A stretch of 63,926 nucleotides of DNA, filler included, from Neolecta irregularis DAH-3 (Eukaryota), in assembly GCA_001929475.1 (NCBI GenBank). It is 4 parts of 4 records of this genome, joined end to end, with 100 filler letters (N's around TTAATTAATTAA, not from the genome) between each part and the next. Parts side by side here need not be neighbours in the genome. Positions count along the whole stretch, not along the records: positions 52,945 to 62,457 come from LXFE01000248.1; 3 more parts are not named here. One strand, given 5' to 3'. The position numbers and the translations under genes were made by a program. Below are positions 53,371 to 62,557 of the stretch, piece by piece. Every line of letters begins with the position of its first letter. Within the stretch, counting starts at the first letter, position 1. The notes below the pieces were generated by a model. The model did not search any database. It was not told the DNA's origin and worked only from the letters and a program-made list of their open reading frames with translations.

Positions 53371-54314
53371 GAAAAAAGCAAGTTCAAATTACTAGATAAT
53401 ATATATAATTCTTTGTAATTATTTTAATAATGGCAGAAAGGAACTGACAACAGGGTGGGCAATGGGGGTGCGCTGTAGGCATGATATGTCAGACACAATA
53501 TAACAACTAACCGAGTTATGTGAAATTACTGAAACTTACTGAACTCAGTATAATAGGGACTGATCCAATAAACCTCAGGTAAATTTGATACGATGGTATG
53601 AGGTGGAAAACCTAAGTGATACCAAGATTAAAGAAATAAATGCTAGTTATAAAGAAAAAGCATTACAAGCAGACTTGCTATTAAGTTAGTAAGTCCAAGT
53701 CTGGTTTGAAGTTTATTGGGACAGTCCCTATTATACCGAGTTCAGTAAGTTTTGGTAACTTCACATAACTCAGTTAGTCATTATATCTCATCTGAGTTAT
53801 CTCACCTATAGCGTACCCCATCACTCCTGCCTCACACCTGTCTCCTGTCTCCTGCCAGTCTCCCTTCATGCCTATCTAACTCTCCCGCTTGTCTCCCACC
53901 TTACCTGCATATTTGGCACACCTGGCTTGTCTCTCCCGCCTCTCCTATCCTGCACATCCTGTCCTGCATGCTCATCCTGCCTGCTGGTCCTACTAGTCCT
54001 GGTTGTCCTTCCCTCACATATTGCTCATCCTGCCAACTTGTCACTCTCATCCCATCCATTCATCCTGCCTGTCCAGCCTGCCTGTCCCGCTCACTTCACA
54101 TGCCTCTCCCATTTGCCTCACATGCCTCTCTCCAGCCCACCTCTATCACCTCTCCTACTTTTCCTGCCCAGCTAACCTATCTTTCCTGTCTCCCACACCC
54201 ATTTGGCCTATTTGGCCCTCCTACCTTGCCTGCCCACCTGTTATTTCCTTGCCAATATTTTAAATAAATATAGAGAATTATATACATAATAGAGTAATTT
54301 AAACTTGCTTTTTA
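53371..54314. mobile_element. non-autonomous foldback/MITE-like element with ~200-bp imperfect inverted repeats
   Basis: 53462-53578 is inverted at 53706-53821, and 53371-53461 is inverted at 54230-54314. The right arm is interrupted by a ~400-bp pyrimidine-rich tract. No transposase ORF is seen. Confidence 0.75.
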
Positions 54315-54582
54315 ACATATTCCTGCTTCTCTGCCCATCTGTGCCCTAAACACCACCACCTAAAACGGTTGTCACATGTTAGGCCGGACCCTCAGAAAAG
54401 TCCACGGGTCGGGCTTTAACAATTCAAGATATTCTATGATAACTGGTCCAACTGAGCTTGATTGTTCAAAGAATCTTGAGGCGCAATTCATAGAAAGGAT
54501 TCATAGACAGTCAGGCAAGGCAATCACATTAGTATAAAAATGCCATTTATATTCAATAGGTTTACTAACTACTGCCAAAGGT

Positions 54583-55071
54583 TTATTCAACATATTCGAC
54601 CTGCACAGTAACGACATGGCAACTAGTTGATTCGTTGGGACAGGAGCCGCTAGCGCTGTATTGAAGATTTCCATTGGACAATAACCAGGTGGTTATCTTG
54701 GAACCATAATGCAGATCATTAGTTCCATCATGGTTTGAGGACGCAGAGAAACCTTGCAGCGGAACCCCGTTAACAGGAATTGTGAACAGCACATCGAAAG
54801 TGTTTGTGTCGGATGGTTTTGGAGAAAGGAAAGCTACGGGTTTGGAATCGACGCTTGCTAACTCAAGGACAGTATTCGTGATAGAAAATAGGACCGGAGC
54901 GGTGACCTGATCGGTAATTGTAGCGAGTCCCAATGTGTCGTAGCCGTTTTGCGACCCGGCATAGTATGTACCGAAATAATAAACTGTGTTGTCCTGGGCC
55001 ACCTTGAGCTTGAAGAGACCTTGTGCAAAAGTGATGGAAGCGATGGAAGCGAGAATGATAAAGAACTTCAT
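54583..55071 (-). CDS. intronless small secreted protein (162 aa), unknown function
   Basis: Signal peptide MKFFIILASIASITFA, beta-rich body and C-terminal CPNESTSCHVVTVQVEYVE. A paralogous 3' fragment nearby keeps both cysteines. Confidence 0.8.
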   Translation of the reverse strand: MKFFIILASIASITFAQGLFKLKVAQDNTVYYFGTYYAGSQNGYDTLGLATITDQVTAPVLFSITNTVLELASVDSKPVAFLSPKPSDTNTFDVLFTIPVNGVPLQGFSASSNHDGTNDLHYGSKITTWLLSNGNLQYSASGSCPNESTSCHVVTVQVEYVE

Positions 55072-56634
55072 GTTTGATTTCGTAATTGTATCGAGCAATC
55101 CAGCGGCGAGTGTTGACCTTTATAATCATATTCATCACCAATCGGCATGTCTTCAGTCCGATACGTCCCTAGATATTTATTTTTCAACTTTTAGTATGAA
55201 AATGATATCGTAATCATTTGGAGGATACTGTGGGGTCTCTTGTTTGCCGTTTCTTTGGTCAGAATCTAGGTTTCTATGATTAACCGACACGGCTATTGTA
55301 AGAATGTACCATTCAGGTACATCTTACCAATACGGCAAGAGGCGTATAATCATCTTGCGGCCTTTATGGCCGGATATAAACTTGATGTAATTGGAATACC
55401 TAGCCTGAGATTCAACACTTAGGCTATACGGAACACTTGGGGTTAACATCCTGGTCTTATTTGTAACTTCTGGTGTTAAGCTTACCCTGGTCATCGTTTT
55501 TCTCAGTTTTATCCAAGTTATCCAAGTCTGCAAAGCTCTACAAAGGCTAGCGACTTTCTATCTTGTTCACTTTTATTTTTTCATGGGTCGGCCCCTACTT
55601 AACCCCTTCTTCTTCCTCATAATTGTCAAATTTCTCATTCTAAATGTGCATATATAAATTACGGATACTATAATAAAGAACCCAATGATTCACAACGTAC
55701 TCTTTGGATTCATGACGTACTTTTGAAAGATTCATGCTGCGTTCTCATCATTGCAGGGTATATCTACCTCACCCTGCTGCCCCACTCCGTCTTCTCCTTC
55801 TTCCACTTTGTCTCCACGTGCGCTCAAACATCCTGCCCGCTATCATCCACACATCCCCCTCTGCTCAAGCCTCCCCCGCAGCCAGCGGTTGTCCGAGTCT
55901 GGACAAGTCCAACCGTCATGGATTGATTAATCCATCAATTAATCCCCGATTGACAATCCGATTAATCGATGGACACACTGATCATGATTGGCATTCCAAA
56001 ACCTCGTGTGCCAAGGGTCATGGGCTAAATTTACCCTTGCTCACCTGGCTGCCATGGCCGCCATGGAGTAGATGTTACTTGTATGGAAGGCAGGAAATAG
56101 CCAATACTCATTAAATTGACAATAATTGAATTACAATATTATTGTTGAATACATCCTTTATGTGTGGCCTTAGCTTTGAGTAATGATATCAATATTCTCA
56201 AATTGCGGCGAGCTCTTACTGATTTTCATATTCATACGCGCCTAAAACATCAGATGACTTTTAAATCCCAACTAACGCTAGCCTTAATCCTGTAGTACGC
56301 AGTCGCACTTATGCTAGGAGACAAATAATTAGCCCAATTTTCCTCCGTATTCCTCTCAAGGTTCACAACCGATCCTTCATTAAATAGGTAGCACGTTTTG
56401 ATTGGGTCCCAACCCAGATTCTTTCCCAAAAGGCAAGAACCACATGAAGGGTCCTTGAAGCAGAGCGCAACACATTCTCCTTCCTTCGCGTGAGGCTCGA
56501 GAGTGATAATATGAAATGCTGGGAACAAACTGGCAAACAAAAGGTATCTAATCGGATACTTATCAAATTATATCGACAACATGAATTGAAAAATATTTAG
56601 GGCGGGCACCTCGCAGTTAAATAATATCTTACAA

Positions 56635-56839
56635 TACGAAAAAAGCAAATGGCTTACTCTTCTTCAAACCAAATGCTTTTGAATGCGGGCATTGCAGTTG
56701 GAATATTCTATTTGAGGCTGAATCTTAATACGATTTGTCCAGGTCCGGAATGTGATGACTACGAAAAGAGCAAATGGCTGACTCTTCTTGAAACCTAATG
56801 CTTCTGAATGCGGGCATGGCAATGAAATATTCTATTTGA
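56635..56839. repeat. direct repeat, 2 x ~80 bp
   Basis: tacgaaaa.agcaaatggct.actcttctt.aaacc.aatgctt.tgaatgcgggcat...aatattctatttga at 56635-56715 and 56760-56839. Confidence 0.9.
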
Positions 56840-56959
56840 AACACGCAGGGTGTAGCTAGATGTTGTAGGCGTTTAGGATTATAAATTATTGATTCGATTG
56901 ATTTGTGAGCACGGTCGTATGGGATTTCACTGTCTTCGGAACGGAAAATAGATTATACA

Positions 56960-57620
56960 TTGGGCTGGGACGGGTGTTGTCGGGGCTGGGGACGCCGCCT
57001 CTGCGGGCAGGCAGTACAGCGGGTAGCCTGCAAAGGGGTCGGTGATGGCGGGGCCGGGAAGGGGGGCCTTCGATGGGGGGCGGTGACTGGAGGTGGAGGA
57101 GAGAGAATTGACCCCAGACACAGAGTTCTCATACCACACCGTTACTGTTCCCCCTCCCCTTCCTCATCCTTTATCGCCCTGCCCTCTCACCCGTTATCGC
57201 CTGCCTTCCTCGCCTACTATTGCCCTGCCACCTTTCTCGTTACTGGTCCCCCTCTCCCTTCCCCTCCTCTCCCTTCCCCTCCTCGCCCTTGATCGCCCCG
57301 CCCTCTTAACCCTAAGCCCGCTGTCCCGCCCATCTCTCCCACCCGCCTCTCCCGTCCGTCCGACCCATCCACCTTTCCATCCCGTCTCCCGTCCTGCCTG
57401 CCCGTCCCGCCCGCCTCGCCGTCCCGCGCGCTCTCCTGTCCAGCCCGTCCGCTCTCCCGTCCCGCCCGCCTGTCTCGCTCTCCGACCCGCCCATGCCTCC
57501 TCTCCTGTCCCTCCCGCCTCTTCCATCCCGCCCACCCGCCTCGCGAGCCTTGCCCACCCAACTCTTTTGCCTCGCCCATCTTCCCTGCCGGGCTCACCCA
57601 TCTTTCCCGTCTCGCGTACC
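56960..57620. repeat. G-rich then C-rich low-complexity tract (CpG-intact)
   Basis: G-runs at 56962-57105, then a mosaic of cccgtcccgcc-type units at ~57145-57615. Confidence 0.8.
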
Positions 57621-57775
57621 AGTTTCAATGGTCAAAAAGGTGACAACTCGCGACGCTCAACAAAGGCTCTATCATTGTTTTTGCGACAAATAACAACTGT
57701 AAGACTGGAAAATATCTGATCCTTCAACGATACAAATAAGAAAGTGTTGCAAAGATTTATTCACTATGCGATTTA

Positions 57776-58046
57776 TAACAATTCGAGATACTCTATGATA
57801 ACAGGTCCAAACTGAGCTTGATTGTTCAAAGAATCTTGATGCAGAATTCACATGGAAAGGATTCGAGAATGCTTCAATAGACAGTCAGGCAAAGCAATCG
57901 CATTAGTATAAAAATGCCATTTATAATTCAATAGGTTTACTAACTACTGCCAAATGTTTATTAAACATATTCGACCTGCACAGTAACGACTTCGCAATTA
58001 GTTGATACGTCGGGACAGAGGCCGCTATCGCTGCGTTGAAGATTTC
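57776..58046 (-). pseudogene. 3' fragment (last ~28 codons plus 3' flank) of a secreted-protein paralogue
   Basis: Aligns to 54417-54671. Encodes NLQRSDSGLCPDVSTNCEVVTVQVEYV* vs NLQYSASGSCPNESTSCHVVTVQVEYVE*. Similarity stops near 58046. Confidence 0.85.
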
Positions 58047-58483
58047 TCATCCGTTCCGCACATCTAATTGAGTTCATTAGCTCTTCTTGAGGAGCATTCG
58101 ATCGATCGCGCTGTACAGATTTCTGGAAATGTGACCTTCTTTCGGGTAATATGTAGAATACAATACGTTTTTTGTTTTCATTTGAGCCAGCAACATATAT
58201 CAAAATCGAATAAATGATTGAGGCAAATAATATAAATCAAACAGAATTAATTACCAAGAGACACACGTCAAACATAAACAAAACGGAATGAATCAAGTAG
58301 AATCGTAATAAGCCGACTTTGTAAGCGGGGCAGCAATAACCAAAAAATGATAATTGATGAAAGCAGAGGAGATAGATGGATATTTCAGAGTTACAAAGCT
58401 ATAGAACCACCACCAACTCTGTTCTTCTCACATTTTAATCATTTCATTCCAACAAATCATTATAAACATTCCATGTCTATTCC

Positions 58484-59001
58484 TCATTGAACAACTCTCA
58501 ACCCACTATCCTGTAACTTTTTCACCAAAGTCCCCTGATCAAACATTCCCGCAATATCATCACTTCCACCAATACTAACTCCCTTAACAACCACATTCGG
58601 AACCGTTTTACGTCCAGTTTGGGAAGCTATATAGCCTTGTAACTCGGACCCATGCGAATGTAAATTCAACTCCACAACATGCGGTTCTACAATTAGATTT
58701 GAAGATTTATTTCGGGGGTGACCTGGGTTTATAGAGAGAGTTTTAACGAGGAGATCTTTTGCTTTTGTAGAATATGGACAATATGATTTTGAAAAAATGA
58801 CCATGGGGTGTGATTTTAATAGATATTTGTACTCTACTGTTAGTCTGCCCTTTAAAGAGTGGGAATACCGTGAAGAGGTGAATATTCGCCGTGTCGAGTT
58901 AGGAAATGTGGGAAGGAAGGAACATTTGATTGGAATAACATAAGGGAAAAGTATAGTGCGCACAGGATAATTGGGATGAAATAAATTGAGCGGGGAGGCA
59001 T
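58484..59001 (-). CDS. monothiol glutaredoxin with N-terminal membrane anchor (Grx6/Grx7-like)
   Basis: MPPRSIYFIPIILCALYFSLMLF hydrophobic segment, VIFSKSYCPYS, TGRKTVPNV and SIGGSDD. Confidence 0.88.
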
Positions 59002-59172
59002 GGTGGAAGAAAGTTGGGATAGCGTCCCAGTCGGGCGAGGAGAACACATTCAAGACAGTAGCAGTCGTGAAGTAACGTTTATATTACGTTAATTCAGAGT
59101 ATACATAAAATCCTTGATATTAGATACACACAACGAGATAACAAAAATGATAATAAAGAGTCAGAAAAAAAG

Positions 59173-60251
59173 TTACACGCGACTCCGAAATCTAGCTTCT
59201 TTGACACCCGGTGCAAAACGCGAAGTTTCTCTTCGTAAACGTCGAACTTGACGTTCTCTATCGCCATCTCGTTTTTCTACTTCTTCTCTACTTAATATTT
59301 CGATTACGGGTGCCCAATTTGCGCCGAGACCTTCTTGGTCTATTCTGACGCCTGCTTCGGCGTTGAATGCGGCGTCGTTGTCGATTTCATTGGGAAGACC
59401 TCCTTCGCAGGCTTCTTTTTTCAAGCGGAGGAGGGTTTCGTGGAGAGCGTGGGAAATTGTGGGGTGGAATTCTCCTGATAAACCGAGATCTGCGCAGAGT
59501 TGCTGGGAAAATGATTCTGGTGTTAGAGGTGAATTTAGGTCCCATTCGAATTGGTCTGTGAGGAGATGTTTTGATAAATGGAGAGACATCTTTTTGTTAG
59601 AGAAAGAAAAGGGATGATGAATACATTTACAATGACCCTCATGTCATGATTTTCTGGGAGTTCTATACGAGCGACGGGGGCGTATTCCTGGAGCTGGGTC
59701 TTGATGCTTGAGCTTATTTGAGAGGAAAAGATGGCTGCAGGGATCTCGAGGTCCTGACATAGGATCTGGGCAAAGAGTTCTGGAGTAATCATTGTTTCTC
59801 TAGTCAGAGGAGGCAAGAGTGGGGGAGGGGGGGTACCATGAAGATTCCACATGAAGACGTCCTTGAGACGGTAGGTGTCGAGATCGAGATCGAGGCGGAT
59901 GGGGACGAGACATTCCTTGTGTTCTGCAGAGGCGCGGAGTTCCTGTTCGCCGGGGAAGCGGTGGCGCGTTCTCTGGGCAAACTTGCGCTGAACGAGGTGG
60001 TCTGGCGGGGGCGCGGTGACGAAGCCATGGACATCTTCTGTAGTGTGGACGGGTTCGTCTGTGTTTGAGGCGTTGTCTGAGGGATCGTCGTCGTCGCGGT
60101 CGAGGTAGGCTGAGCGGGCGGCACGGGCGGGTTTTGCAAGTGCGGGAGTTTGGGTGAGCAGGGAGGTGGAGCCGAGGCGGATGCGGGACGGGTACGAGGA
60201 GTAGCTAGCCTGAGGCTGGGAGTGAGCTGGGGGGAGGGCAAGGGCGGGCAT
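59173..60251 (-). CDS. SFH1: RSC complex subunit Sfh1 (SNF5 family)
   Basis: QASYSSYPSRIR, LVPIRLDLD..RLKDVFMWNLH, DQFEWDL, LCADLGLSGEF and ERQVRRLRRET. Confidence 0.88.
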
Positions 60252-60264
60252 GGAACTGAGTGGG

Positions 60265-60450
60265 GAGGTATAGGATGGTGATAGGGGGGTAGGCAGGGAA
60301 GGAAAGGTTAGCAGGGTAGGATAGGTAGAGCAGAGTAGGAGAGGTAGGTAGGTAGGGTAGGATATGATAATATAGGATAGGAGAGGATAGGCAAGTAGGT
60401 AGGGTAGGATAGGTAGGTAGGGTAGGGTAATAGAGTAAGATAGGACAGGG
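60265..60450. repeat. purine-rich (GGTAG/GGATA)n degenerate microsatellite in the SFH1/VPS9 divergent spacer
   Basis: gggtaggataggtag...ggtaggtaggtagggtaggata, with very few C on the + strand. Confidence 0.85.
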
Positions 60451-60507
60451 TCGGATCTTCTGATCGGATCACTCGGATGGGAGAGACACCGCTCTCCACC
60501 ACGATTG

Positions 60508-62062
60508 ATGATGCATCCCCACCTCGATCCCGCGCTGGATCCCGTCCCAGTCGCCGACATCGCCGATATCGCCAATATTCCTGGCAGTAATACTGCATCT
60601 AGTGCAGTTGACACCGCCCCCTTTGACTTCCAGCGCTTCCTCGCACAGTTACGGCACAGATCAGCCGATCCAGTCGCAAAGTACATGAAGAGCTTCCTCC
60701 ACGAGTTTGCAAAAAGGCAATGGGCCCCCAACGAGCAGGCTGCCCTCGTCCGCGATTTTCTAGAGGCGCCTTTTCCTCTGCCGCCTCTCTCGCTGACCCA
60801 AATAGTTCATCGCCACTAAAATGGCCCTTTGCTCCGTCTGGGCCTCTGCCCTGCCCCCAGAATTCGACAACGCGAAAGAAGGCATGGAGAAACTTGTCAT
60901 GAACCGCCTCTACAATACTACTTTTCCTCCAGTCTCCGCCCCCGCAAACAACGACGACCTCCACAAAGACATAGTCCTCAAGCAGAAAATCGACATCCTC
61001 AGCTGGATTTCAGAGGATCATCTAGAAATCCCCAAAACAGACTTGAACGACCGCTTCCTCTCCCTCGCTAAGCAAGGTATTATTTCTATCACGTCCTCCT
61101 AAATCCCAGAATTGCTCAAAATAAATTCATATCGTGCCCCCAGAGACAAAATTATCTGCATATTGAACTGTTGCAAAGTAATCTTTGGTATTCTCTCATT
61201 TCTTCTCTTCTCACTCTAGGTCTCCTACGTCACGCGGGCAAAGACGAATCCGCTGATATTTTCATCCCAACTCTCATCTTTGTCGTACTACGCGCCAATC
61301 CAGAAAATCTAGTCTCAAATTTACAATACATTTATCGGTTTCGCAACCTAGAGAAACTAAAAGGCGAAGCAGAGTATTATTTATCCTCTCTGGTTGTTTA
61401 TATTATGATTTACTTATTAATGTCTAGATGGGAGCAATCTCCTTCATTGAGAATCTCGATCGTTCATCACTCTCTATATCACAAGAGGACTTTGATCGGT
61501 ATTTTTTCCCTCTTCATCCCATCTCATCAAAAGCAACGTCGAAACTTCCCTTTCCCTTCTCCATCTTCAACAACAGCCTCGTCCTCCAACTCCAGCTAAG
61601 TCTCTCCTCATTCCAACAAAAGAATTCCTATCAAAATCCTCAAACGCCCTCAAAGAAAATATCTCTAGACCGCTAGGCCAATTAACTCGCTTACTAAGTG
61701 ACGAAAATCTACCCAATTTAATCCGCCAATCCTCTTCAAAAGATTCAATATCTGAAAAACCCTTGCCGTCCATAAACACCAGCACCCCGCCAACAACTTC
61801 CCCGTTCCCACCACGCCTCGACTCCCTTTCAACACATAAATATTCTGCTTCCTCAGAGATAAATCGCCCTCCTTCAAGTGGTAAAAATATATATCCAGGC
61901 GCGCCGCTGCATCAATCCCGCTTAACCTTTGACCAAAAGAATACAATGCACGAATTAAGTTTTATGTTTCCTGAATTCAATAGAGAAGTAATTGAGGCTG
62001 TATACCATAATGAAGCTGGAAAAATTGATAATGTAGTTGACGTATTATTGAATATGAGTTAG
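60508..62062 (+). CDS. VPS9: Rab5 GEF Vps9 with C-terminal CUE domain
   Basis: [82 protein letters not shown] and CUE-like [10 protein letters not shown]. Confidence 0.92.
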
Positions 62063-62457
62063 TCTCTATTTTTTGGTTGCGTATTTGGTTTGCAGGAGGA
62101 ATGTTGGGGAAGAGGAAATTGCAAGAATTTATTTATTGCTTCCTGGTTATTTCTTCAGTTGCTCTTATTTCACCTCGTGACCATTTTCAAAAAGCTCCTT
62201 AAGCAGAAAGTTCTGGCATTCATCTTCTTCATCTGTATCCCTAAAACTATCGTAGGGGGGTGGCAGTTTGGCAGGATTAATAAAAGGAAGATAGGGATAA
62301 AATGTAGAGCATGGAATCTTGTTTCAAATTGTTTCACATCAAAGAAAAATTGCGCCGAACGCCAACCTATCTCTCAATGGAGCGCTTTTTCATCCCAGTA
62401 GAGCAGCAGCCTTCATTTTCACCAACACCATCTTCCCCGCCCGCCCGCCCGCCGGAG

Positions 62458-62557
62458 NNNNNNNNNNNNNNNNNNNNNNNNNNNNNNNNNNNNNNNNNNN
62501 NTTAATTAATTAANNNNNNNNNNNNNNNNNNNNNNNNNNNNNNNNNNNNNNNNNNNN
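62458..62557. other. scaffold gap with artificial linker
   Basis: N44-TTAATTAATTAA-N44. Confidence 0.97.

Noticed and set aside
53927..54267. Three overlapping Pro/Ser/Leu-rich ORFs
   Set aside because: They lie within the pyrimidine tract of the foldback element and are compositional artefacts.
57093..57719. Pro-rich and Gly/Arg-rich ORFs on both strands
   Set aside because: These are by-products of a GC-rich low-complexity tract lacking stop codons, with no domain signal.
60252..60731. Long N-terminal extension of Sfh1 in ORF 59535-60731
   Set aside because: It reads through the microsatellite and antisense VPS9. Conserved Sfh1 sequence starts near the ATG at 60251.
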